From NCBI GenBank assembly GCA_025999275.1, contig AP024680.1:244728-308727 (forward strand): a DNA stretch of 64,000 nt, given 5' to 3'. The stretch is from Patescibacteria group bacterium. Its GTDB lineage: Bacteria > Patescibacteriota > Microgenomatia > UBA8517. The position numbers and the translations under genes are program-made. Under the pieces are notes generated by a model, which worked only from the letters and a program-made list of their open reading frames with translations, was not told where the DNA came from and did not search any database. Positions 1 to 9,720 of the stretch are shown one piece after another. Numbering within the stretch: the stretch's first letter is position 1; every line of letters starts with the position of its first letter.

Positions 1-25
1 TCTTGTAACAATTCCTCCTTTAGTC

Positions 26-427
26 TTGGTCTTATTTTTTGTTGCTCAAGCTATTAACCCGTCTTTTCTTGATGTAATTTTGTTTTCTTTACTTTTAATA
101 AACAGCCTTTTTATTTCTTTTTCCATTCACACATTAATTGTTTCCTTTAGTATTATTACTCTTGAGATAGATCATATTGTTATGATTTATCGGGATTTGG
201 AAACAATGGCGAGATTCCCTCTTGAAATTTATGGTCCAAAAATAGCTACTTTTTTAACATACTTTATACCCCTTGGAATTATGGTTTCTTTTCCTGCTAA
301 AGTCTTGATGGGTCTTCTTAATTGGAGATTTGTTTTATTTTCTTTTCTTTTTGCTTTTATTTTTTATTTTGTCTCAGTTAAATTTTGGAATTTTGCATTA
401 AGAAAGTATACGAGTGCATCAAGTTAA
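26..427 (+). CDS. ABC-2 type transporter permease, C-terminal part. The gene probably starts upstream of the window.
   Basis: The ORF is open to the window edge and hydrophobic throughout. Its C-terminal pattern resembles ABC-2 family permeases. Confidence 0.35.
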   Translation: MVLFFVAQAINPSFLDVILFSLLLINSLFISFSIHTLIVSFSIITLEIDHIVMIYRDLETMARFPLEIYGPKIATFLTYFIPLGIMVSFPAKVLMGLLNWRFVLFSFLFAFIFYFVSVKFWNFALRKYTSASS

Positions 428-430
428 AAA

Positions 431-517
431 ATGGAAAAAGTACTTATAATTTGTGGGCCGACAGCAACGGGTAAGACAGACTTGTCAATTCATTTGTTAA
501 ATCGCTTTCTTTGGTAA
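431..517 (+). pseudogene. Degenerate duplicate of the miaA 5' end. It encodes a truncated P-loop peptide, MEKVLIICGPTATGKTDLSIHLLNRFLW.
   Basis: It is about 76% identical at the nucleotide level to 1498..1590, and the last ~35 nt are nearly identical. A 1-nt deletion relative to miaA (ctttctttgg-taaaaa) creates a stop. Confidence 0.55.
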
Positions 518-590
518 AAAATAATAAGAATTTATATAAACTAAAGATCAATTCTAATGATGTAATATTTAATTTAGTTTTTTATGTATT

Positions 591-1346
591 CTATAAAGCT
601 CTTAATGTGGAAATTATTGTATCTCTTGTGCTCCAACGATTAATTTCTTTGGTATCAGGATTGTAACTAAGCCCCTCAAAGATTACTAGCTTGTTGCCAA
701 TTAATGATACTATACCACCACTTTCTCCTTGACAATAGGTACTATTGACAGCAATTTGGAGAGCTTTTATTCCCCCAAAGAGTGCCTCTTTGTATAATGG
801 TTCGCAGTTGGCAACTTCTCTATGTGAAGATAGGAATTGTTCTTTTATAGACCCACCAGTATAATTCTCTACTTTAACGTAAATATAAGAAGTTGTATTA
901 CGACCTTGGTAATTCCAAGTGTAAGTTATAATACTGCATTGACTTTCGTTATTACAGCTAGCCTCGGGTGGAATCTCAAAGTTTATGCCATTGTTTGAAA
1001 CATTTTTCCAATTTTCGGTGGACATAATTCTTATTTTTTCCAATAATACATCCTCGTTTTTGCTGTTTGGGTATGGTGTTTCTTCTATTGTGACCACTTC
1101 AGGTGTTGTTGTCAGCATTGGGGTTGTGGGTATTGTTAATTCATTTTTAGTTGATTGGTTTCTATCCATTTTGTTCTTTAGCTGGAAATAGTTATAGGCA
1201 AAGAAGGTAGTTGTAAGCGTAGTTAGTATAATCAGGCCTGATAGCAATCGGATTGTTATTTTTTGTTGATAATAGCTTTTTGAATTATTGTATTTAATTT
1301 CTTCCTTGCTAGTAGAGTTATCTTGTTCGTAATTATCTATTTGCAT
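591..1346 (-). CDS. Hypothetical membrane-anchored extracellular protein
   Basis: A 251-aa ORF with a single N-terminal TM helix. The rest is Thr/Asn-rich and Cys-containing. No recognisable family. Confidence 0.45.
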   Translation of the reverse strand: MQIDNYEQDNSTSKEEIKYNNSKSYYQQKITIRLLSGLIILTTLTTTFFAYNYFQLKNKMDRNQSTKNELTIPTTPMLTTTPEVVTIEETPYPNSKNEDVLLEKIRIMSTENWKNVSNNGINFEIPPEASCNNESQCSIITYTWNYQGRNTTSYIYVKVENYTGGSIKEQFLSSHREVANCEPLYKEALFGGIKALQIAVNSTYCQGESGGIVSLIGNKLVIFEGLSYNPDTKEINRWSTRDTIISTLRAL

Positions 1347-1497
1347 ATTTGCTTTATTTTAGCGTATCTATATTCATTTGCAAGACCCTTTCAATAGGAT
1401 TATTTCTAATTATTTTTTTGAAGGTGTATAATTTACTTGTATTAGAAAATCGCAGAGATCTGAATTATAAAGTTGGGTTTATAATTTGATTCAGTTT

Positions 1498-2511
1498 ATG
1501 AGTAAAGCTCTTGTCGTTTGCGGTCCTACAGCAACAGGTAAAACTGATTTAGGGATTCATTTGATTAAATCGCTTTCTTTGGGTAAAAAGGGTAATGTTG
1601 GTGAAATAATTTCTGTTGACTCAAGGCAGGTTTACAGGCAAATGGATATTGGGACAGGTAAAGATCTCCCTGTTAGAGCAAAATTTATTTTTCCGGATGA
1701 TTCTCTAAAGAAGAAAGGCATTGGTTGTTATGTTGTTGAGGGAGTGAGAATTTGGGGTTACGATCTAGTTTCTCCAGATAAAGATTTTAGTGTTGGTGAT
1801 TATCTCAGGAAAGCAATTCCGATAGTTAAAAGTATTTTGAGAAGAAAGAAGATACCAGTTTTAGTTGGTGGAAGTGGCTTGTATTTGAAGGCTTTAGTCG
1901 ATGGTATTCAGACGGCATTTATTCCTCGTGATAATAATTTGAGGGAGTTTTTGTCTTCTTTCTCAACTGAGGAATTGTTTGAAAAATTAGCTCAGCTTGA
2001 TCCCGAAAAGTCAGCATCGCTTAATCTTTCTGATCGTAAAAATCCGCGTCGTCTAATAAGAGCAATAGAGATAGCTCAATGGCAGATGAGAAATTTTGGT
2101 AAAAATCTATCGCCAAAACTTCCTTGGTCAAAGGAAACTCAATTTTTGTTTATTGGGCTTTTTGCACCCCTTTCTTTCTTAAAGCAAAAAATAAGAAAGA
2201 GAGTCTATAAAAGAATGTCCATGGGTTTTGAGGGCGAAGTGGAAGCTCTTATCAAGGCCGGAATTTCTTGGTCATTTCATTCTATGGATACTTTAGGTTA
2301 TAAAAATATTAAAAGATATATTGAAGGTGAGATTAAAAAAAGCCAGATGATCAAGAGTTGGATAAACGATGAATTTTCATACGCCAAACGTCAAATGACA
2401 TGGTTTAAAAAAGATAAAAGAATTATCTGGTTTGATGTTTCGTTTACAAATTATAAAAAAGAAGTGGAAAAATTGGTCAAAGATTGGTATTATAATGACA
2501 TAAATTTATAA
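1498..2511 (+). CDS. miaA: tRNA dimethylallyltransferase
   Basis: P-loop VVCGPTATGKTDL at the N-terminus. SVDSRQVYR and GGSGLY motifs typical of MiaA. Start set at MSKALVV, which matches the duplicated fragment at 431. Confidence 0.85.
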   Translation: MSKALVVCGPTATGKTDLGIHLIKSLSLGKKGNVGEIISVDSRQVYRQMDIGTGKDLPVRAKFIFPDDSLKKKGIGCYVVEGVRIWGYDLVSPDKDFSVGDYLRKAIPIVKSILRRKKIPVLVGGSGLYLKALVDGIQTAFIPRDNNLREFLSSFSTEELFEKLAQLDPEKSASLNLSDRKNPRRLIRAIEIAQWQMRNFGKNLSPKLPWSKETQFLFIGLFAPLSFLKQKIRKRVYKRMSMGFEGEVEALIKAGISWSFHSMDTLGYKNIKRYIEGEIKKSQMIKSWINDEFSYAKRQMTWFKKDKRIIWFDVSFTNYKKEVEKLVKDWYYNDINL

Positions 2512-2518
2512 GGAAATT

Positions 2519-3490
2519 ATGCCGCGAAAAATAGAGATATCACATAAAACAATTATTTTTACAGTTTTGTTTCTTGTTTCTTTATGGTTCTTATATTTTA
2601 TTAGGGATATTATCTTTCTTTTTTTTATATCCCTTCTTTTAATGGCTATTATAAATCCTTTTGTAACAAAGTTGTCACGGTTTAAAATACCAAGAGGTGT
2701 TTCAATTTTAGTTGCATATGTTGTCTCAATTGGCATATTTGTATTTTTAATATATTCTCTTTTCCCTGTAATAATTGATCAGACCACAAAACTAATAGGT
2801 CTCTTCCCATCATTAATAGAAAATATAGGACTACTACCAGTTTTAGGTGATTCATTAATTTCTCAGATAGCTTCTCATGTTGGTAATTTTTCAGAGTCTT
2901 TGGTTAAGTTTACTTTTTCGGCGTTTTCAAATGTTTTGTCTTTAATTACTGTTTTGGTTATGACTTTCTACCTTCTTCTTGGAAGGGAAAAAATTGAACA
3001 TGGTATTGATGGGGCATTTGGCAAAGAGATTAAAAGAAAAGTCAAACTTTTTCTTGATCTTTGGGAAAGAGAGCTTGGCGGCTGGATTAAGGGGCAGCTT
3101 CTTTTAATGCTTTTTGTCGGACTTTTGACTTTTATTGGTCTTATTGCTCTAAGGATACCTTTTGCCTTGCCGCTTGCATTGCTTGCTGGTCTTTTTGAGA
3201 TAATACCAATTATTGGACCTCTATTTTCAGCAATTCCTGCTGTTATTATTGGTTTTAATATTTCACCCCTTTTCGGTTTTTTGATTATCGTTCTTTACTT
3301 TTTGGTTCAGCAAATTGAAAATCATCTTCTTGTCCCAAAAATTATGGAGAAATCAACAGGTATTAATCCTGTTTTGGTAATTCTTTCTTTATCTATTGGT
3401 TCAAAAGTGGCTGGTTTTTTGGGCGTGCTTCTTGCAATTCCTGTTTTTCTTACTTTAAAGATTGCTCTCCGTGTTTTTTTGGCTAGATAG
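2519..3490 (+). CDS. AI-2E family transporter (PerM/UPF0118)
   Basis: Eight-TM profile. Conserved C-terminal block ALLAGLFEIIPIIGPLFSAIPAVIIGF, typical of the AI-2E family. Confidence 0.8.
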   Translation: MPRKIEISHKTIIFTVLFLVSLWFLYFIRDIIFLFFISLLLMAIINPFVTKLSRFKIPRGVSILVAYVVSIGIFVFLIYSLFPVIIDQTTKLIGLFPSLIENIGLLPVLGDSLISQIASHVGNFSESLVKFTFSAFSNVLSLITVLVMTFYLLLGREKIEHGIDGAFGKEIKRKVKLFLDLWERELGGWIKGQLLLMLFVGLLTFIGLIALRIPFALPLALLAGLFEIIPIIGPLFSAIPAVIIGFNISPLFGFLIIVLYFLVQQIENHLLVPKIMEKSTGINPVLVILSLSIGSKVAGFLGVLLAIPVFLTLKIALRVFLAR

Positions 3491-3539
3491 TTTTTTGGTT
3501 TAATTGAATAAACTTCATTTTTTTGATAAAATATTGCTG

Positions 3540-3858
3540 CCTTGGAGAGGGAGCAATCGCCCCGCTTTTTGCGGGGAGGAAAGTCCGGACAGCAGAAAGG
3601 CAGGATGCGCCGCGCAAGCGGTGACCCGAAAGGGCTGGTCCCCTCTTGTTAAAGGGGCGCTGGGTGAATTGACACCCTGCGAGAGCAACAGAGACGAGTC
3701 TTGTCTTTTCCTAAAGAAAAGATAAGGGTGAAACGGGCAATCCCCTCCGCTGCAACCTGCGAATTGGACGTTTGAGGTGCCTTTCCCGATGTCCTAAGGC
3801 AGGGCATTAGATAGATGATTGCTTAGAAACAGAATCCGGCTTACCACTCTCCAAGGCG
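3540..3858 (+). ncRNA. rnpB: RNase P RNA, bacterial type A-like and compact
   Basis: GGAAAGTCCGGAC (P4 5' strand), CGCGCAAGCGGTGA, AAGGGTGAAACGGG and ACAGAATCCGGCTTACC (P4 3' strand) are all present. P1 pairs ttggagag (3542-3549) with ctctccaa (3847-3854). The locus is GC-rich within an AT-rich genome. Confidence 0.85.
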
Positions 3859-3862
3859 CCAA

Positions 3863-3894
3863 TAAGCCGTATCTTAAGATGCGGCTTTTTTATT
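3863..3894 (+). terminator. Rho-independent terminator of rnpB
   Basis: aagccgtatc-ttaa-gatgcggctt hairpin followed by a TTTTTTATT tract. Confidence 0.7.
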
Positions 3895-3939
3895 CTTGAC
3901 TTCTTTTGTTAAAAGCTTCAAGATGAAATAGGAGAGGGG

Positions 3940-4635
3940 GTGAAGAATATGGGAGGAATCGGTTATTTGGGTAATGTCTTTGCTGAATCGGCCAGAAGCG
4001 TTTGGTCTTTGTTTTGGGGTGCTTCTCTTAACATCTTTTGGGCGGTTGTTGTCTTTTTGGTCGGTTTGGCGGCAGCCTCTTGGGTTCAGAAATTGGCTAT
4101 CAAGTTTTTTGAGCTGACAAAACTTGAGAAGTTTTTGTCAAAGACAGGAATAGATAAACTTCTTGACAAGGCTGAAATAAAGCTTGGTGTGGGTGATTTG
4201 ATAGCTATTTTCTTAAGATGGCTTGTTGTACTTACCTTTTTCTTAGCCGCCATTGATATTTTGGGGCTAAACACTGTTTCTCAGGTTCTATTTTCTATCT
4301 TAGGCTATGTACCAAGCATTGTTGCGGCTATTTTTGTTTTTGTTTTGGGCTATTTGGTGGCCAACTTGATTGAGGGTTTGGTAAAGGGGGCGGTTGCCTC
4401 GATTGATAAAAACATTGCCAGGCCGCTTTCTGTTCTTTCAAGGTGGCTCATTCTTTTAATTGCCTTTTTTGCCGCTCTTGACCAATTGAAGATAGCCCAA
4501 GGTTTGATTAACACTTTCTTTCAAGGCCTAACTTATACTTTTGTTTTGGCTGTAGGTTTGTCTTTTGGTCTTGGGGCAAAGGATTTGGTATCGAGAATTT
4601 TGAATGATTGGTACGACAAGTTAAATAAGAAGTAA
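3940..4635 (+). CDS. Membrane protein with two MscS-like conserved TM-helix repeats
   Basis: A repeated hydrophobic module, FWxxVVFLVGLxxAxWV then LRWLVVLTFFLAAIDILGL, resembling the conserved TM helix domain of mechanosensitive-channel-related proteins. An SD sequence (ggagagggggtg) precedes the start. Confidence 0.45.
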   Translation: MKNMGGIGYLGNVFAESARSVWSLFWGASLNIFWAVVVFLVGLAAASWVQKLAIKFFELTKLEKFLSKTGIDKLLDKAEIKLGVGDLIAIFLRWLVVLTFFLAAIDILGLNTVSQVLFSILGYVPSIVAAIFVFVLGYLVANLIEGLVKGAVASIDKNIARPLSVLSRWLILLIAFFAALDQLKIAQGLINTFFQGLTYTFVLAVGLSFGLGAKDLVSRILNDWYDKLNKK

Positions 4636-4637
4636 TT

Positions 4638-6167
4638 ATGCTTGCCAAAATTGTATCAGGGGCCACTATTGGCCTTGAAGGTTGTTTGGTTGAAGTTGAA
4701 GTAGACGTGCCGGGGGAAGGCCTTCCGGCATTTAATATTGTTGGCCTTCCTGACAAGGCGGTTGAAGAGTCAAAAGAAAGGGTTAGATCTGCCCTTAAAA
4801 ATTCGGGCGCAGATTTTCCTGGTGGACGAGTCACGGTAAACTTGGCTCCTGCTGATTTACCAAAAGTTGGCCCTGCCTACGATCTCCCAATAGCCCTTGG
4901 CCTAATGGTTGCTTCAGGCCAAATTCCTAATTTAACCTCTGAATCTTTGTTTTTTGGCGAGCTTTCTCTTGATGGGAATTTAAGACACACAAACGGGGTA
5001 TTGCCAATAGTTTATCTTGCTCGTGAGAAGGGGATAAAGAAGGTTTTTATTCCCAAGGTGAACCAGGAGGAGGCCTCAATTGTTTCAGGAGTTTCTATTT
5101 ATCCAGTTGAGAATTTAATCAGTCTGGTTAGGTTTTTTATGGGCACTTTTGAAATCAAGCCAGTGGGGAAGACTGATTTATCGGTTCTTCTTAAAAATAC
5201 ACCCGCAGAGTTTGATTTTTCTGAAATTATAGGGCAAGAACATGCCAAAAGGGCAATGGAAATAGCAGCTGCTGGGTCGCACAATATTTTTATGAAGGGA
5301 ACACCTGGATCTGGAAAAACAATGTTAGCGCGCGCTTTGCCTGGCATTTTGCCAAGATTAACAGAAGATGAAGCTTTGGAAGTTACCAAAATTTATTCGG
5401 TTACTGGCAATTTATCATCAGGCCAGTCAATTGTAACAACCAGGCCTTTTCGAAGCCCACATCACACTACCAGTAGAGTTGGCTTGATTGGCGGAGGCTC
5501 GAATTTAACTCCAGGTGAAGTTTCTCTTGCGCACCGAGGGGTTTTATTTTTGGACGAATTTCCGGAATTTCCAAGAAATGTTTTGGAAAGTTTACGACAG
5601 CCATTGGAGGATGGAAAGGTGACAATCTCAAGGGCAAAAGGGTCGGTTACCTACCCCGCTTCTTTTCTTTTGGTTGCCGCCGCCAATCCCTGCCCTTGCG
5701 GCTATTATGGGGATCCAAAAAGAGTTTGCAAGTGCTTGCCCGGCCAAATCGCGAGGTATCAAAAGAGAATTTCAGGGCCAATTCTAGACAGAATTGATAT
5801 TCATATTGAAGTGCCTTCAGTTGAAACGCAAAAACTGGTTTCAGAGGCAAAAATTAAACCTGAGTTTTCAAAAGAGATTCAATCACGTGTTCAGAAGGCA
5901 AGAGAAAGACAAACCAAAAGATTTAAAGGAACAAATTTGAAGTCAAATTCAGAAATGGGAACAAGGGATGTTAAAAAATATTGCCCTCTTTCGGATGATT
6001 GTCGCACAATATTAAGAAGTGCTATTGCAACTTTGAATTTGTCTGCTCGAGGTTATTTTAAGGTTATAAAAGTTGCAAGAACAATTGCCGATTTGGAAGG
6101 ATCTGAAGAAATTTCAGTCAACCACATAGCAGAAGCTCTGCAGTACCGAATAAAAGACGAATCTTGA
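4638..6167 (+). CDS. YifB/ComM family Mg-chelatase-like AAA+ ATPase
   Basis: N-terminal Lon-like/ChlI domain. Walker A GTPGSGKT and Walker B LFLDEFPEF are present, with a C-terminal Mg chelatase subunit-like domain. Confidence 0.85.
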   Translation: MLAKIVSGATIGLEGCLVEVEVDVPGEGLPAFNIVGLPDKAVEESKERVRSALKNSGADFPGGRVTVNLAPADLPKVGPAYDLPIALGLMVASGQIPNLTSESLFFGELSLDGNLRHTNGVLPIVYLAREKGIKKVFIPKVNQEEASIVSGVSIYPVENLISLVRFFMGTFEIKPVGKTDLSVLLKNTPAEFDFSEIIGQEHAKRAMEIAAAGSHNIFMKGTPGSGKTMLARALPGILPRLTEDEALEVTKIYSVTGNLSSGQSIVTTRPFRSPHHTTSRVGLIGGGSNLTPGEVSLAHRGVLFLDEFPEFPRNVLESLRQPLEDGKVTISRAKGSVTYPASFLLVAAANPCPCGYYGDPKRVCKCLPGQIARYQKRISGPILDRIDIHIEVPSVETQKLVSEAKIKPEFSKEIQSRVQKARERQTKRFKGTNLKSNSEMGTRDVKKYCPLSDDCRTILRSAIATLNLSARGYFKVIKVARTIADLEGSEEISVNHIAEALQYRIKDES

Positions 6168-6210
6168 ATGCGGCTTTGCATATCTTGCCCTGTCAGGTTA
6201 GAATTGCTAA

Positions 6211-7338
6211 ATGAAGAAGAGATTTTTGATAATTTTGGTTTTTTTCTTTATTCTGGGTTTTTTGGCTTATTTTAGGTTTGCCTCTAAAGATAATATTTCT
6301 CCCTTGCCAAAATTTAATAATCCACCCTCCCCTGCCGAAGTTGGAAATTTGCAAATTGCAGTAATTGCCTCTGACCTTGATACTCCTTGGGCTATAGCTT
6401 TTCTGCCTGATGGAAATATGATTACCACTGAAAGAAAAGGGTCTGTGCGTCTAATAGATAAAAAGGACGGTCTTCTTGAGAACCCAATATTTGTTTTTGA
6501 TGATGTTGTTGAAAAAGGTGAAGGAGGCCTATTGGGAGTTGCTGTTCATCCGAATTTTGGAGCTAATGGCTTTGTTTATTTTTATTACACCTATAAAAGT
6601 TCTAGTAATGTATTTAATAAAGTGGTGAGAATGGTTTTTAAGGATAATAGTTTGATTTTTGATAAAGTGATAGTTAACGATATTCCTGCCTCGCAAAATC
6701 ACAATGGTGGCAGAATCAAATTTGGCCCAGATGGCTATCTTTATATAACCACTGGAGACGCAGAAAAACCTTCTTTGGCTCAGGATAAAAATTCTCTGGC
6801 TGGGAAAATCCTCAAGGTTGATGATGATGGTAATCCGGCAACTGGCAATCCTTTTGATAACCTTGTTTATTCTTATGGTCATAGAAATCCGCAAGGGATT
6901 ACTTGGGATGAGAATGGAACTCTTTGGGCAACCGAGCATGGCCCTTCTGGTCTTGAAACGGGAAATGATGAGATTAACAAGATTGAACCTGGCAAAAACT
7001 ATGGCTGGCCTGAAATTAGAGGAGCAGAAACCAAAGATGGGATGGTTAGTCCAATTCTTGAGTCGGGAAAAGGGAATACTTGGGCACCATCAGGTATTGC
7101 CTATTTTGAAGGCAAGCTCTATTTTGGGGGTTTAAGGGGGGAAGCTTTGTATAGAGTTGTTTTTGTTGATGAAAAACCAAAGCTTGAGACTTTGTTTAAA
7201 GGGGAATTTGGAAGAATTAGAGATGTTGTTTTGGGTCCTGATAATATGCTTTATATTACAACTAGCAACAAAGATGGCCGCGGCAGGCCAGGAGAAAAAG
7301 ATGACAAAATTATAAGAATAAATCCAAGAGATCTTTAA
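6211..7338 (+). CDS. Soluble sugar/sorbosone dehydrogenase family beta-propeller protein, membrane-anchored
   Basis: N-terminal TM helix. DTPWAIAFLPDG, HNGGRIKFGPDGYLYITTGD and GHRNPQGITWD are motifs typical of PQQ-dependent aldose sugar dehydrogenases (YliI-like). Confidence 0.75.
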   Translation: MKKRFLIILVFFFILGFLAYFRFASKDNISPLPKFNNPPSPAEVGNLQIAVIASDLDTPWAIAFLPDGNMITTERKGSVRLIDKKDGLLENPIFVFDDVVEKGEGGLLGVAVHPNFGANGFVYFYYTYKSSSNVFNKVVRMVFKDNSLIFDKVIVNDIPASQNHNGGRIKFGPDGYLYITTGDAEKPSLAQDKNSLAGKILKVDDDGNPATGNPFDNLVYSYGHRNPQGITWDENGTLWATEHGPSGLETGNDEINKIEPGKNYGWPEIRGAETKDGMVSPILESGKGNTWAPSGIAYFEGKLYFGGLRGEALYRVVFVDEKPKLETLFKGEFGRIRDVVLGPDNMLYITTSNKDGRGRPGEKDDKIIRINPRDL

Positions 7339-7343
7339 AGGAG

Positions 7344-7847
7344 GTGATAAAAATGGAGGAACAAGATTTAAAAGAACAGATAGCTGAAGAAAAAAGCCAG
7401 AATGAAAACAAGTCTAAATTTTCAGGTTTTGCGGTTTTTTTAGCTTTGGCGGTTGTTTTGGTGGGGGCTTTGTTTTTATTTAATAAATACAAAGCAAAAT
7501 CTGGCGCTTCTTTTTCTTCTCAAGAGACTCGGCTAGAAGAAAATCGGCAGACTTCTTCTGAAACGCAGACACCGTCAAATATGATTGAGGTTGAAGGTGG
7601 AATGTATTATTTCAACCCTGATGTTATAAAGGTTAAAAAAGGAGAGACTGTTAAGATATCTTTCAGGAGTGTTGATGGAGTGCATGATTTTGTTATTGAT
7701 GAATTTGACGCAAGAACAGAAATTATAAGAGAAGGTCAAACTGCAGAGGTTAGTTTTGTTGCTGATAAGACTGGTGAATTTGAATACTACTGCTCTGTTG
7801 GCAATCACAGAGCGCTTGGAATGAAAGGGACTCTTGTGGTGGAGTGA
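7344..7847 (+). CDS. Type-1 blue copper (cupredoxin) protein, membrane-anchored
   Basis: N-terminal TM helix. Cu ligand pattern H(DF)...YYCSVGNHRALGM, i.e. Cys-x4-His-x4-Met after an upstream His. Confidence 0.7.
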   Translation: MIKMEEQDLKEQIAEEKSQNENKSKFSGFAVFLALAVVLVGALFLFNKYKAKSGASFSSQETRLEENRQTSSETQTPSNMIEVEGGMYYFNPDVIKVKKGETVKISFRSVDGVHDFVIDEFDARTEIIREGQTAEVSFVADKTGEFEYYCSVGNHRALGMKGTLVVE

Positions 7848-7901
7848 GACATTAATTTTTAGTATTTGTGCTTTATCTTTTTTGGTGTAAAATCTGGCTA
7901 A

Positions 7902-9188
7902 ATGGCGGCAAAAATTGATATTTTTGAGAAGCTTTCAAGGCGGATAAAAAAGTTTGCAAGAAAAATTTTCTTTTCTTTTATTTCCTATATTAAAAAGCTT
8001 ATTTTCCCTATTTATCTTTTCCCCATTAAAATTTTCACCTACAGTCTTTATTATTCGATTAGGTTTGCGTTTAAATTTATTTTTACCTTTTTTTCTTTGA
8101 TTTTTGAGACAATTATTTTTCCTTTCAAAAGCCTTAAAAATTTTTTAAAGTCAATCTTCTTTCTTGCGATTTTTGTTTACCTTTTGTTTTCAGTCCTTGT
8201 CATAGCTGATTATTTGAGCAGACAATACGGCAACTTTAGAAAGATTTTCTGTGATTTGGGAGTTAAAGAGAGATTAAGAAAATCGGTTGTCAGAGTAATT
8301 GGCGGTTATTCTCAAGGTTCCGGATTTTTTATTTCTCCAAACAGGGTTGTTACAAATTTCCATGTTGTTGATGGAGAGATTGCGCCCAAAATTATTCTTC
8401 CAGACGGCAGAATGATAATTCCTGAAAAGTTTCTTGGCAACAAAGAAGCCGATATTGCTGTTATCTTTACAAAAGAGGAATATCCACAACTAGTTTTGCC
8501 AGTGAATCAAAGAGACATTCTTGAAAAGATAGCCAAAGGCGAAGTTGGTTTCGAAAATTATCAATCAACTTTATCGGAAGACGCCATTGTCTTTGCCGCT
8601 GGATATCCATTGGGCACAGAAATTAAAGGAAACCCTACAATTTTAAAGGGAAGATTTTTAGATTACAGAATCAGCTCTCCGATTGTGTACATACAAACAG
8701 ACATCACTTTGGTTGAGGGGATGAGCGGAGGTCCTTTTACTGATGTTTGCGGAGAGGTGGTCGGCATTAACACTAAAGGAGTTGGGGGAATGTCTTTTTT
8801 TCTTTTTTTAAGAGATGCTTGGAAATATATAGACGATCAAAAAGGCGAGCTTCTTTCTGATAAAGATATTAGAAAAATTGCTTTTGATCCTTCAAAATCC
8901 CCCCAAGAGGCGGTCTCTGCCTTTTATGCCTATATCAGCGCAAGAAGGATGGAAGACGGTTTTTCTCTTTTGAGTGAAAAATATAAACAGAAGACAAATC
9001 TTGAAGAATGGTCTAGTCGTTTTAGGGATGTAATTGATATCCAAGTTTGGAAAGTAGAGCTTGAGGATAAAAAGAAAAACAGAGTTTTTGTTAAGTTTTC
9101 AACCAAAAACTGGACAAATCAGAATGTTGAAATACATCATTACGAAGGTACTTGGGAAGTTGTTTTGGAAGATGGGTTTATAAAATGA
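7902..9188 (+). CDS. Trypsin-like serine protease with N-terminal TM region and C-terminal domain of unknown function
   Basis: Catalytic His at GSGFFISPNRVVTNFHVV, Asp at ADIAVI, Ser at EGMSGGP. These are chymotrypsin-fold S1 motifs. Confidence 0.65.
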   Translation: MAAKIDIFEKLSRRIKKFARKIFFSFISYIKKLIFPIYLFPIKIFTYSLYYSIRFAFKFIFTFFSLIFETIIFPFKSLKNFLKSIFFLAIFVYLLFSVLVIADYLSRQYGNFRKIFCDLGVKERLRKSVVRVIGGYSQGSGFFISPNRVVTNFHVVDGEIAPKIILPDGRMIIPEKFLGNKEADIAVIFTKEEYPQLVLPVNQRDILEKIAKGEVGFENYQSTLSEDAIVFAAGYPLGTEIKGNPTILKGRFLDYRISSPIVYIQTDITLVEGMSGGPFTDVCGEVVGINTKGVGGMSFFLFLRDAWKYIDDQKGELLSDKDIRKIAFDPSKSPQEAVSAFYAYISARRMEDGFSLLSEKYKQKTNLEEWSSRFRDVIDIQVWKVELEDKKKNRVFVKFSTKNWTNQNVEIHHYEGTWEVVLEDGFIK

Positions 9189-9254
9189 ATAAAAGCAATA
9201 TAAAAGAAGTCCAAAATCCTGATTTTTATTGGATATGGGAGTAATGAATAAATT

Positions 9255-9638
9255 TTGATTTTTAATATGGAAAGAAATCTTTGTTTGGAATCAGGATGCA
9301 AGGGATATTGCTGTGAGGATATAGATATTGAGGTTACAGGTTGTGAGAGAACTAGGCTTTTTCCAAAGGCAAAAGCAGTTTCTTCAATTAAACAGCTGGC
9401 AGAAATTAAAGAATCAGGAAATGTCGGTGTGTTTTATACAAAATATGAAAGAGAGGGTTTGGAAGGAGATTTTTATATTGTTTGTATAAACGGACCCTGC
9501 CCCAATAGACTTGAGGATGGCAGTTGTGCAAAGCATAGTGAGCGCTCTTATGCAGCAAGAAATTTCAAAATTGGCAGCCGAGAGTGCAATGAGATTCGCC
9601 TCTCCCACGGCCTTCCTACAATTGCAGATGAGATTTAA
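9255..9638 (+). CDS. Cys-rich hypothetical protein with a YkgJ-type CxxCxxCC putative Fe-S/zinc-binding motif
   Basis: ESGCKGYCCED motif plus additional Cys residues (CINGPCPN, GSCAKH). Confidence 0.4.
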   Translation: MIFNMERNLCLESGCKGYCCEDIDIEVTGCERTRLFPKAKAVSSIKQLAEIKESGNVGVFYTKYEREGLEGDFYIVCINGPCPNRLEDGSCAKHSERSYAARNFKIGSRECNEIRLSHGLPTIADEI

Positions 9639-9720
9639 AATCACAAAACTCTTAGATCTTAAATCGTAAATCATAACATAATGAATTTTAAGGCTAAAAG
9701 GGGTAAAATAGGATTAAATT

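Noticed and set aside
3504-3725. 73-aa ORF in the six-frame track
   Set aside because: It lies entirely within the RNase P RNA gene, which has unmistakable conserved P4 and other core sequence. It is GC-driven open frame, not protein-coding.
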